64,000 nt of DNA from Candidatus Zhuqueibacterota bacterium (lineage in GTDB: Bacteria; Zhuqueibacterota; Zhuqueibacteria; Oceanimicrobiales; Oceanimicrobiaceae), in assembly GCA_029261995.1 (NCBI GenBank), contig JAJDAF010000050.1, forward strand, positions 215,152-279,151, read 5' to 3'. Position numbers and translations under genes: made by a program. Of the stretch, positions 36,077 through 46,600 are shown piece after piece. A model generated the notes under the pieces. That model had not been told where the DNA came from, did no database searches, and worked only from the letters and a program-made list of their open reading frames with translations. How positions within the stretch are numbered: position 1 is the first letter of the stretch; every line of letters begins with the position of its first letter.

Positions 36077-39000
36077 ATGAATACTAGAATTTTCTCGATA
36101 GGCTTGTTGATTGTTGTGGCCATGACTGCTGCCACAACTTCCCGGGCAAATGCCCAAACCAGGATCATGCCGCTCGGCGACTCCATCACGCGTGGCGTCG
36201 ATGGACCATCAACCGACGATGCCGGCTATAGAAACGACCTGGATGCTTTGCTTACCGCGGAAGGCGTCAGCTTCGACCTGGTGGGCTCGCTCACCGACGG
36301 CGCCGGATTTGACAGCAACCATGAAGGCCACGACGGCTTTCGTGCAGACGAACTACTGCTGAACATCGGAACCTATCTGTCGGCCACTCCGGACATCATC
36401 ATTTTGCATATCGGGACAAACGATGTTTCGAATGGTCAGTCGGCCGAAAGCACACGCGACGAAATCGAAGATATCATCGATACCATTCACACCTTTGATC
36501 CCACCATCAAGATCATTCTGTCTAGCATCGTGCCGCGCATCGACGGAATGGACAATGAAACCACGACACTGAATACGCTGATCGAAGATTTGTTTTACAA
36601 GAAGCGCGACCAGCAGAGCCGCAATCTCTACTACGCCGGGATGAATGAGCTCTATAAGCAAAACCCGAGCTGGGCAACCGCCTATTTTGACGCCGGAGAC
36701 GACGTGCATCCCAATGATGCCGGACATGCCGTCGCGGGAGAAACCTATTTCAACGCGGTCATGACCGCATTGAACAGTAGCAGCACTTCAGTCACCGATA
36801 ATTTTGAACGAACGAATCTGGGAACCACCTGGAGCGCAGATCCCGAGTTCGCGATTCAGGGTGGGGACTTGGTCAACACGGCCATCACCGGGACCTCGCG
36901 CTGGGAGTATCTGGCTACTTATCGCTCTATCAAGAACCCAAACAGCGTTGCCGCAAAGTGGGCCGCGGACGCTGACGCCGACGGCATCGACAACGCTGGA
37001 TTGGCTTTGCTGCTTGATGCCGCCAGCGCCAATGCCTCTGGCTACCTTGCCTGGATTTCGGCGTCAGCGAACGACCTGCACCTCTGGACGATCACCAGCG
37101 GCACCGTTGATCAAGACCAGTTGACGACCAATCCGGCCAGTCTGGTGGCTGCCCCTGTAGCTGGCGCGGTGACCCGAGTTGAGGTTATCGTCGATCCGAC
37201 GAACCTGAAGTTTGACTACTATGTCAACGACGCGTTTGCCGGCAGCGTCACCATCGACAATCCCGGTCTGAGCGGAGACAATTACGCAGGCGTTGTGATG
37301 CGCCATGACAAAAGTAATGATATTGATGAATTCACCCTGCTGAAGGCGACAGACACGACGCCACCTGATGCGGTTAGCGATCTCATCGCGGGCACGCCTC
37401 TGGCGACGTCAGTTCCACTATCGTGGCTTTCGACTGGAGATGACGCCGCCACGGGCATTGCTAGCCGCTATGATATGCGGTATTCAACACAGGAGATCAC
37501 GGTGGCCAACTTCGAGTCGGCTCTACAGGTTTTGGGACTTCCCGATCCTCTCGTAGCGGGCACGTTGCAAGAAGTCAACGTCACAGGTCTACAGCCTGGC
37601 AGGCAGTATTTTTTCGTCATGAAAGTCATCGATGAGGCCGGCAATGAATCCGACCTCTCGAATCAGGCCAGCGCGACCACGGTAGCCGGCAATCTGTTCA
37701 CCGACAATTTCAACCGCAGCACCGGCTTGGGCGACGATTGGGTCGCCGATCCCGCTTATGACATTAGTAACAACCGCTTGACCAACACTTCTTCCGACGG
37801 TTTGTGGGATGATATTGCGGTGCTCACAGCCCGAAAGAATCCCGTTGAGGTCTCGTTTAAACTCGGTGAAAACTCAGACGCCGACGGCATTGACCAGACT
37901 GGTTTTGTGATTGTGTTTGATGCACCGAGCCCCACGGCCAGCGGATATGCGGTGACTCGCCGCACGGCGGACAATTCCCTGCGGCTCTGGCGTCTGGTTG
38001 ATGGTGCGATTTTCACCGTAATCGACAAAGTCTCAGCACCCTTGCTTGCTGTACCCGAGCCTGGTGACGTCGTTAAAATTCAGATCACGGCTGATGGCAG
38101 CGCAAATAAGTTCGATTTCTTTATCAACGGCGTCTTCGATGGCAGGGTGGAAGACATCGCCTTCGAGCACGACTTGTCTGCAGATAGCTGGGCTGGCGTT
38201 ACCTTGCGCAGCAATCTCAATAACGACATCGACGATTTCACAGTACTGCTCGAAGTCGGAGCGCCGGCCAGTCTCGTGGCCGTTGGAGGCGACGCACAAG
38301 TGGATACGGTTGGGCAGCAGCTTCCCGAGCCCCTGTGCGTGAAAGTCGTGGATGAGAATGACAGTCCGATTCAGGGTATTAACGTCACATTCGAGGTTCT
38401 CGAAGGCGGCGGTAGTGTCGATGTTACTCTCCCATCCGACGACATCGTTGTCGAAGCGGAATCTGGGACAATTCATTCCCCCATGAGCGTGGAGTTTGAT
38501 GCCAACGCGTCTAACGAAAAATATATCGAGGTCCCGAACGGTTTGGGAGGCGGTGGCGGCAATCTGGGCTCGGCTGAATATCTGATAAACATCGACCAGG
38601 CGGGCGACTATGTGATGTGGGGACGTGCGATTTTTCCCGATGCAGAAAACGACGCATTTCGAATCATTGTCGGTGGTCAGTCCTATCAGTGGGACGTCGG
38701 CCAACGAGTGCATTCTTCAAATTGGCAGTGGGACGCGGTGTCGCATCGCGGCAATGGCAGCGCTAAGAGTCCTCAGTTTGATCCTCTTGTCTTCAGCTTT
38801 GAGGCCGGCATTCACACGCTGGTCGTGGAGGAAGCAAAAGACGGCACCAAGCTGGATCAATTCGTCATCACGCCGGTTGGTTCCGACTTCGAGCCTCCTG
38901 TCGACGATGGCCCGGTTGAAGCCGGTGGCGTTTTCACGGATGGGGAAGGCCTTGCGTGCGCGAATCTGACTCTTGGTCCGATACCAGGTACGAACACGGT

Positions 39001-42000
39001 GCAGGCGAGTGTCTCTGGCTTGCCAAGTGTTGCGTTTGTGGCGACCGGTGTTTCGCCGGCGATCGCTACGATCACAAAGATTTCCGGGGATGGTCAGACA
39101 GGCCAACAGAGTGAGGTTATTCAGCCGTTTGTTGTCGAAATGCGTGACAGCCAGGATAATCTGGCCGTTGGTGCAGAGGTCAATTTCGAGGTGCTCGCTC
39201 CGGGCAACGGAACCATTTCTACCACCAATCCCGTCATCGCCAATGCGCTTGGCCGTGCCAGCACAACCCTGACCATGGCGACCAACGCCGCAGTTAACCA
39301 GGTTCGAGTCACTGCTCCCGGTTACGTTGGTAGCGAGGTCATCTTCACCGCTACCTTGCCATCGGGCGATCCCGAGAAAATCGAATTGGCGGGTGGCGAC
39401 GGACAGGTCGGTACCGCCGGACAAATGGTCCCCAATCCGCTGCAAGTTCTGGTCACGGATGCGGATGATATTCCCATTGCTGGCCACAGCGTGAGTTTTC
39501 GAGTTCTGGATGGCGGCGGCTCTCTGGATGGCTCACCCACTCAGTCCGTAGCAACTAACGCCTTGGGTATCGCGGAAGTGAATTTGACTCTCGGAACGCA
39601 GGGTGGGACTCTGAACCGGGTGGAGGCATCAGCTCCAGGCCTGGCGGGTTCGCCAGTCATCATTTCCGCGACGGCAGCGCTTGCGCATGAACTGACGGCT
39701 GTGTCTGACATCAATCAGAGTGGCACGGCGAACCTCCCCGTTGCTGATTCAATCGAAGTTAAAATTCTCGATGAGCTGGGTGGCAATCTCCCCAATCACG
39801 ATGTGCTCTGGACGATAGTGGCTGGCGCCGGCTTTGTCAATGGCAGCCCGCAAATCATGACCCGAAGCAACAGTGACGGAATCGCAAAAGTGGAGTGGCG
39901 CCTTGGCGCCGCTGTTGGCATCGATACGCACACTCTGCGAGCCGAAAGCTCGCAGAAGGGGGAGGCGCTTGTCGGTTCTCCCGTCACGTTCACTGCCGAT
40001 GCTGTTGAAGGCCCCGCGGAGAATCTCAATGTTGTGTCTGGCGACGATCAGACTGGGGTTGCTCTACAGCAGCTTCCGCAACCTCTCCTTGTCAAGGTGA
40101 CGGACAAGGACGATGCGGCCGTGGCTGGCTGGCCCGTTACCTTTGCAGTAACCGCTGGTGATGGCAACATCGAAGGCGTCTCCAGCAAACTTGTTTTTAC
40201 CGACGCAAAGGGTGAAGCGGAAGCAGTTCTCACGCTTGGCAGCGGTGTCGGCTTTGAGAATAACAAAGTAGAAGCATCCGCTCCCCAGACGGTTTCCGAG
40301 ATGTTTACAGCCTCAGCGCGCGCCACCGCAGCCACACAAATGACTCTTGTTGAAGGAGACGGCCAGACAGGACCCGCGGGTTTACCTCTGCCGAAAAAGG
40401 TCCAAGTACGCGTCACCGACGATGACAACAACAATATCGCAGGACAGATTGTTTCTTTCAGAATTGAAGGCGGTGATGGGACGATAAATGGCATAGCGGC
40501 CGGAGATACCTTGAAAAATGCCACCAGCAACGAAACCGGGATTGCTGAAGTGACCTGGTACGTGGGCGGTGAGCTTGGAAGCCAAACTCAGGCTCTGGAG
40601 ATTGCCGCGGATGATGGGCTGAGCGATGTGGGTGGTTCTCCGATTCTGATAACAGCGACCGCAATCACAGGCCCGGTGGATGCCGACGAATCGACTATCA
40701 CCTCGGACAAATCCGCTGTTCAAGCCAACGGCCAGGACGAAGCAACCATAACGGTTCGTCTGACGGACCGATTCGGCAATCCGGTATCCAGTGCCGTGGT
40801 CACGTTGACCAGCGATAATTCCGGAGATACGATAGGTCAACCTCCGTCAGTAACGGATGCCAACGGTGAAGCAACAGGGACCATTTCCTCCACCGCGCCT
40901 GGAACCCGGCAGGTTGGCGCAAGTGGCGGTGGTGTGACTCTGAATCATCCGGTCGAGCTTGTCTTTCTGACTGTGACTCCGGAGAAGGTCGCGCTGCAGG
41001 CCGGCAACAATCAGACAGGAAACGTCGGTACTGTCCTGCCGGAGCCGCTTCAGGTTCTGGTTACAGACGAGTTCGACAATCCGGTACCCGGAATCACCGT
41101 TGAGTTCGATGTCACCGGCGGCGGTGGATTTATTCTCGACGAATCCGTTGCCTCCTCTGGCGGCAGCGCAGTCAACAAAGTAACCGATGCTTCCGGAATC
41201 GCCCGTGCCTCTTGGGTGCTTGGCGCCAATCCGGGGAGCAATCTCGTCGAGGCAAAAGCGGTTTTCGATGGCACTGAGCTTAATGGTTCTCCCATTGGTT
41301 TTTCGGCCACCGGAGCGACAGCTGTTGCAACCACGCTGAGCCTATTCTCAGGAAACGAACAGGCGGGAGGGGCAGGTGCACCTTTGCCAGAGCCTTTGCA
41401 GGTTAAGGTGACAGACGCCTCCGGGTTACCGGTTGCCGGCGTCACCGTGAATTTCGATATCCTCTCTGGCGGCGGATCGTTATCGACAGCCAACACCAGC
41501 ACGGACTATCAAGGCATTGCGAGTTCCGTTTTGACTCTCGGGCCTGAGGTCGGCACAAACCGCGCTCGTGCCCGAGCACCTGAAATGAGCGGCCAGCCTG
41601 CGTTCATTTTCACCGCCGAAGGGTTGAGTGGCACGCCATCGAGGCTCACTCGGGTGGACGGCCACAACGGCACCGCCGTTGTCAACAGCAACCATAGCAT
41701 TTCTGTGCTCGTTACTGACCTCAACGACAATCCCATCGAGGGGGTCGTGGTTGATTTTGAGGTCGTCACAGGCGGCGCCACGATGAACGCTCCATCCGCG
41801 ACCACCGATGCTGGCGGCATTGCAGAAGCCGAAGTCAGGATGCCGTTCACAGCGGGCGATGTGATTGTGCGGTCCAGATCAGTGCTGCTGTCCAATTTCT
41901 TCGTGGATTTCATCATCCATGGCGTCAGCGGGCCAGCGGTCAATATTGATGTTTTTGCGGGCAACAACCAAGATGGTACGGTTGGCCGGGAGCTGGTCCT

Positions 42001-43366
42001 GCCTCTTCAGGTATTCGTCAGCGACGTGTTTGGCAATCCGGTTTCAGCGCATCCCGTGACCTGGGTCGCGGATAGTGGTAATTCTGTCAGTGCGCAAAAC
42101 TCCGTCACCGGCGAGAATGGCGTTGCGTCAACCGGATTCACGATTGTAAACTTCGGCGAGAATTCCGCCGAAGCACGCGCCAACGGCTTGACGGGCAGCC
42201 CGGTCGTGTTCACTGCCAGTGGCGTCGGAAACAATTTTCCGGTATTTGTTGATATCGGCAACAAGCAGGTGAGCGAAGGCAACCTGCTGCAGTTTGTCAT
42301 CAACGCTACCGACGCAGACGGAGATGCCGTTACCTACGAGGCAGAAGACGTCCCAGCAGGGGCCGGTTTCAACGGCGCTTCCGGGAGTTTTACCTGGATT
42401 CCGTCCGCTGGACAGCATGGTGACTATCAGGTTACGTTTATTGCGAGAGATGGCCGCGGCGGACTTGACGTCGAGACGGTTATGATATCGGTAAGCAACA
42501 GCAACAACCCACCGGTTCTGACGCAATTCATACCCGAACAATCTGAAGTGCGCTTCATCACCAGCGAGGTGATTCTTTTCTCGGTCACTGTGACTGACGC
42601 AGACAACGATGATTTGAACTATTCGTGGTTCCTGTTCAAAGGTGAGTCAACCGATGGGCAGGAAGTGTCACAGGTGTCATCTTATGTCATGGATACCGGC
42701 GTGCAAGAGCCGGCAAGCTATACGGTCCGGGTCACCATCAGCGACGGCAAGGATGAAATCTCCCATGAGTGGAAGATCGATGTTGTCACTTCGGTTGAGT
42801 TGACGAGCTTCGCCGTTGATTTTGAAGGGTTTGATGGAGCCAGGGTTTCCTGGGCCACGAGCCGTGAAACCAACAATAGCGGGTTCAACGTGCTCCGCAG
42901 CCTGACTCAAGGCGGCGAGTACGAGAAGCTCAATTCCAAGCTTATCCCATCTAGTGAGGAACGGGATTATGTTTTCGTAGACCGGTTAGCAAACGCCGGG
43001 CGTCGCTTCTACTACAAACTCGAAGATGTTGATGTCAACGGCGTGAAAACCCAGCATGGCCCAATTGCAATCACTGTTGCGGCTCCGGAGACGTTCGCGT
43101 TGAGTCAGAATTTCCCGAATCCATTCAATCCGGAGACCCGGATTCGTTACCAGCTTCCCAGAGCTGGAGAGGTGACGCTGAAGATTTTTGATCTGCTTGG
43201 CAGGGAAGTGCTGACGCTGGTGTCTGAACAGAAAGATGCGGGATTTCATGTCGTCACCTGGAATGCACGCAACAGCATGGGGGCGCATGTGAGTTCTGGC
43301 GTCTATTATTATCAAATCGTGTCTGGCGACTTCAGGCACACGCGCAAAATGATACTCGTGAAATGA
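36077..43366 (+). CDS. giant secreted SGNH/Ig-repeat protein with T9SS-type-A/FlgD-like CTD; full-length paralog of 28373-35728
   Basis: GGAGAAGGA RBS; signal peptide; GDSIT, GTND, DDVHPN; same domain order as the upstream gene; NFPNPFNPET...RKMILVK. Confidence 0.87.
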   Translation: MNTRIFSIGLLIVVAMTAATTSRANAQTRIMPLGDSITRGVDGPSTDDAGYRNDLDALLTAEGVSFDLVGSLTDGAGFDSNHEGHDGFRADELLLNIGTYLSATPDIIILHIGTNDVSNGQSAESTRDEIEDIIDTIHTFDPTIKIILSSIVPRIDGMDNETTTLNTLIEDLFYKKRDQQSRNLYYAGMNELYKQNPSWATAYFDAGDDVHPNDAGHAVAGETYFNAVMTALNSSSTSVTDNFERTNLGTTWSADPEFAIQGGDLVNTAITGTSRWEYLATYRSIKNPNSVAAKWAADADADGIDNAGLALLLDAASANASGYLAWISASANDLHLWTITSGTVDQDQLTTNPASLVAAPVAGAVTRVEVIVDPTNLKFDYYVNDAFAGSVTIDNPGLSGDNYAGVVMRHDKSNDIDEFTLLKATDTTPPDAVSDLIAGTPLATSVPLSWLSTGDDAATGIASRYDMRYSTQEITVANFESALQVLGLPDPLVAGTLQEVNVTGLQPGRQYFFVMKVIDEAGNESDLSNQASATTVAGNLFTDNFNRSTGLGDDWVADPAYDISNNRLTNTSSDGLWDDIAVLTARKNPVEVSFKLGENSDADGIDQTGFVIVFDAPSPTASGYAVTRRTADNSLRLWRLVDGAIFTVIDKVSAPLLAVPEPGDVVKIQITADGSANKFDFFINGVFDGRVEDIAFEHDLSADSWAGVTLRSNLNNDIDDFTVLLEVGAPASLVAVGGDAQVDTVGQQLPEPLCVKVVDENDSPIQGINVTFEVLEGGGSVDVTLPSDDIVVEAESGTIHSPMSVEFDANASNEKYIEVPNGLGGGGGNLGSAEYLINIDQAGDYVMWGRAIFPDAENDAFRIIVGGQSYQWDVGQRVHSSNWQWDAVSHRGNGSAKSPQFDPLVFSFEAGIHTLVVEEAKDGTKLDQFVITPVGSDFEPPVDDGPVEAGGVFTDGEGLACANLTLGPIPGTNTVQASVSGLPSVAFVATGVSPAIATITKISGDGQTGQQSEVIQPFVVEMRDSQDNLAVGAEVNFEVLAPGNGTISTTNPVIANALGRASTTLTMATNAAVNQVRVTAPGYVGSEVIFTATLPSGDPEKIELAGGDGQVGTAGQMVPNPLQVLVTDADDIPIAGHSVSFRVLDGGGSLDGSPTQSVATNALGIAEVNLTLGTQGGTLNRVEASAPGLAGSPVIISATAALAHELTAVSDINQSGTANLPVADSIEVKILDELGGNLPNHDVLWTIVAGAGFVNGSPQIMTRSNSDGIAKVEWRLGAAVGIDTHTLRAESSQKGEALVGSPVTFTADAVEGPAENLNVVSGDDQTGVALQQLPQPLLVKVTDKDDAAVAGWPVTFAVTAGDGNIEGVSSKLVFTDAKGEAEAVLTLGSGVGFENNKVEASAPQTVSEMFTASARATAATQMTLVEGDGQTGPAGLPLPKKVQVRVTDDDNNNIAGQIVSFRIEGGDGTINGIAAGDTLKNATSNETGIAEVTWYVGGELGSQTQALEIAADDGLSDVGGSPILITATAITGPVDADESTITSDKSAVQANGQDEATITVRLTDRFGNPVSSAVVTLTSDNSGDTIGQPPSVTDANGEATGTISSTAPGTRQVGASGGGVTLNHPVELVFLTVTPEKVALQAGNNQTGNVGTVLPEPLQVLVTDEFDNPVPGITVEFDVTGGGGFILDESVASSGGSAVNKVTDASGIARASWVLGANPGSNLVEAKAVFDGTELNGSPIGFSATGATAVATTLSLFSGNEQAGGAGAPLPEPLQVKVTDASGLPVAGVTVNFDILSGGGSLSTANTSTDYQGIASSVLTLGPEVGTNRARARAPEMSGQPAFIFTAEGLSGTPSRLTRVDGHNGTAVVNSNHSISVLVTDLNDNPIEGVVVDFEVVTGGATMNAPSATTDAGGIAEAEVRMPFTAGDVIVRSRSVLLSNFFVDFIIHGVSGPAVNIDVFAGNNQDGTVGRELVLPLQVFVSDVFGNPVSAHPVTWVADSGNSVSAQNSVTGENGVASTGFTIVNFGENSAEARANGLTGSPVVFTASGVGNNFPVFVDIGNKQVSEGNLLQFVINATDADGDAVTYEAEDVPAGAGFNGASGSFTWIPSAGQHGDYQVTFIARDGRGGLDVETVMISVSNSNNPPVLTQFIPEQSEVRFITSEVILFSVTVTDADNDDLNYSWFLFKGESTDGQEVSQVSSYVMDTGVQEPASYTVRVTISDGKDEISHEWKIDVVTSVELTSFAVDFEGFDGARVSWATSRETNNSGFNVLRSLTQGGEYEKLNSKLIPSSEERDYVFVDRLANAGRRFYYKLEDVDVNGVKTQHGPIAITVAAPETFALSQNFPNPFNPETRIRYQLPRAGEVTLKIFDLLGREVLTLVSEQKDAGFHVVTWNARNSMGAHVSSGVYYYQIVSGDFRHTRKMILVK

Positions 43367-43385
43367 TAAGATAAGTGAAAGATAT

Positions 43386-43416
43386 GCCTCCCGGCGACGC
43401 TGGGAGGCTTTCTTTC
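43386..43416 (+). terminator. Rho-independent terminator
   Basis: Stem GCCTCCC (43386-43392) / GGGAGGC (43402-43408) followed by TTTCTTTC. Confidence 0.65.
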
Positions 43417-43637
43417 AGCAGGGGAAGAACTCGGCAATTCGCTTTGTTCTCAAGGGTGAAGCGTTTGATCTCGCAAAATTTTTGTTCGTCTTTGATATTT
43501 TCTGCGTTCATTATAAAAAGCGGTACTAATCTATGTGAAAATCAATCAGATACAATATTACTAGCAAACAGTAATTTAGATCGTGAAATAACTTTTCCTC
43601 ACTGAACCATACATCGACTGACGAACCAACGAGGATT

Positions 43638-46600
43638 ATGCTGCGACTTCTGCTACTACTTTCAGCGCTTACCTACACTATTCCCAATCTAGCATTCTCG
43701 CAAGTCGAGTTTCAGCGGCATACTATTTTTAGTGAGCTGCGCGGGGCCTATTGGGTTCATGCTATAGATGTCGATGGCGACGGCGACCTCGACCTGGTGA
43801 GTGCAGCGTTTGATGGCATTGACTGGTGGGAGAACGATGGCAATCAGAATTTCAGCCAACGTTCCGTGGACACCCAGATGCAGGGTGCCTGGTCCGCCCA
43901 CGCTGACGATATGGACAATGATGGTGACATCGATATTCTGGCATGCTCGCCAACAGATGACGAAGTCGTGCTCTGGCTGAACGACGGTCAGCAGAATTTC
44001 GACGACAAGATAGTTATTGACAACAAGGGGCAGGACCCAGAAACCGTCCTCACTACCGACCTGGATCAGGACGGCAATCGGGATATCATGGTCGCCATGT
44101 GGGAAAGCCGGCACATTGTCTGGTACCGGAATAAGGGCGACGGTGTCTTCGAAAAAAATGTGGTCGAGCGCGATATGAAGGGCGCGCATTCGGTGGCTGC
44201 CGGAGATTTGGACGGCGACGGAGATGTGGATTTGGTGGCGAACGGCTCATCGGAAACCAACTGGTACATGAACACGGGCAACCAGTCGTTTGTAACGGTG
44301 CCTTTGAGTGCTACGGGTGGTCTGGTCATCCACACGACTGACCTGGATCAAGACGGAGACATGGATATCCTGCGCAGCCAGCGTGATAATGGGGATATTG
44401 ACTGGTTTGAAAACGATGGCGCCGGCTCCTTCACCGAGCGAAATATCGCGACGGAATTCGGCGACTGCTGGTCCGTCAGAACCGGCGACGTCGATGCCGA
44501 TGGCGACCTGGATGTGGCGGCAGCTGGTTTTGAGGCAAACAATATCACGGTCTGGCTGAACGACGGCACCGAGACTTTCGGGCCCGGCATCGTTCTGGGC
44601 AACGTAAACACACCACGCTTCGTTCAGATTGCAGATATCGATGGTGATGGTGACGGTGATGTCGCGGCTGCAATTCGCGATGACCGGGATCTTGCCTGGT
44701 ACGAGAAAGTCGGCAGTCCGCCTCCTCCGAAAAGCCTGACTCTTGTGGCCCCTGCAAGTGGCGACACTCTGCTGGCGGCCTCGCAGTTCGAAGTTAACTG
44801 GACTTCCACTGGCGAGATCGCCGACGTCAGAATTGAGTTTTCCGCGGATAATGGCCAGAGCTGGAACCAGGTTGTGACCGTGCCCAATTCAGGTTCGTAT
44901 CTCTGGAGCGTCCCTGATATCTCTAGTCCTTTTGCCCTGTTGCGCATCTCCGGCTCTCTTGAAGGCGAGCCATCGGTGCAGCACGAAACACCATTCACCG
45001 TGCTGCGCGCACAAGACTTTCCGCGGAGAGTGACTCTCGTGAGTCCTAACGGCGGTGAAAGGATGTTCATCGATTCTACCTTCACCGTGACTTGGGTGTC
45101 GGAAGGCCCGGTAACGCTGGTAGGACTGGAGTTCTCAGCGGATAACGGGCTGCAATGGATACCCATTGTCAGCCAGACACAGAATGACGGCAGCTACGCC
45201 TGGAACGTACCTGACGTACCCTCTCAAACCTGCCTGCTGCGAGTCACCGATGTCGAAGATCCGTCCGTGTTCGATGGCAGCGACGCGAATTTTGCGATCG
45301 AGCGGTTCGTTGTGCCGCAAACCATCACAGTGGTCAGCCCGGCGACGGGCGAGTCGATTTGGGCTGATTCAAGTTTTGTGATCGCGTGGAATTCGACCGG
45401 TGAGATAAGCAATGTTCGACTCGATTTTTCCGCGGACAGTGGCCTGAGTTGGAGTGTGATTGATTCATCCGCACCGAACGCGGGTTCTTTTCTGTGGACA
45501 GTGCCGGACACCTCATCTCAAAACTGCCTGATTCGAATCGCGGATGCTGCTGATTCCGTTCCATCTACATTGAGCCCGGGTGCGTTTACTATTCGTCGCA
45601 TGCGTGACTTGGCGCCAGAAATTCGATCATTTGAGCCCATTTCCGGCCCACCCGGAACACTGGTGACCCTTCGAGGGAAGCAGTTTTCCGAAATAACTCG
45701 GGTTGATATCTCAGGGGTCTCAGCACCATTTGCCATGGTGTCCGACACGGTTGTGGTCATCACCATCCCGCAGGCCGCAACGACGGGATTCATCTCAGCG
45801 ACCAATTTTGCAGGGACCGGTGTCAGTCTCTCGGCCTTTGAAGTTTCAGCAGGGCTGGAGACGGTCACTCTGTTTTTCCCACCGACAGACGATGCGCAAG
45901 TCAAACTCGACTCTCCGGGCCGAAATTACGGCGATAAGCTATCTTTCAAGGTTGAGCTGGGCAGCTTCCAAAGCTACCTGAAGTTCAAGGTCGATGGCGT
46001 TGCTGGCAGGCTGGTTAGCGCGACTCTGCAGTTGATCGTCAGCGCGCCGAGCAGTTTTGGCGGCCGGCTGCATCATGTTTCGAACGACATGGTTGGCAGT
46101 TCTACGCCTTGGACAGAGGACAGCTTGAGCTTTGATAATGCACCTCTGGTGACGGGCTCGCCAATCGATTCGGTGGAGGCCGTGACGTTAGGAGAAAAAG
46201 TCCAGTTTGATGTCCAAACGGCAATCTCCGGCGACAGCACTATTTCTTTCGCCCTGACCAGTAGTTCTGGTGATCAGGTAGAATATCATTCTAAGGAAAG
46301 CGACTTCGCGCCCAAGCTTGTTGTGGTCATCGAGCGCGAGGGAAATATCGCTCCCTACGCACAGAGAGACCACGGAGTTACTTTTGAGGATACGCCTGTG
46401 ACAGTTGAGGTGCTGGCAAACGATGTGGATCCCGATGGCAATGTTGATGCCTTGTCACTAGCGATTGTCGCACCACCGTCGAGCGGTAGCGCAACCCTGT
46501 CAGCCGGACAAATCGAATTTACGCCGCAGCAGGATTTTTTTGGCGAGGATAGTCTGGCCTACACTGTATCCGATGATGCGGGCAAGGTGTCGAACGCGGC

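Noticed and set aside
43375-43605. 76-aa + strand ORF between two giant genes (also 53320-53863 small ORFs)
   Set aside because: They overlap a terminator or AT-rich probable promoter regions and show no protein-like features.
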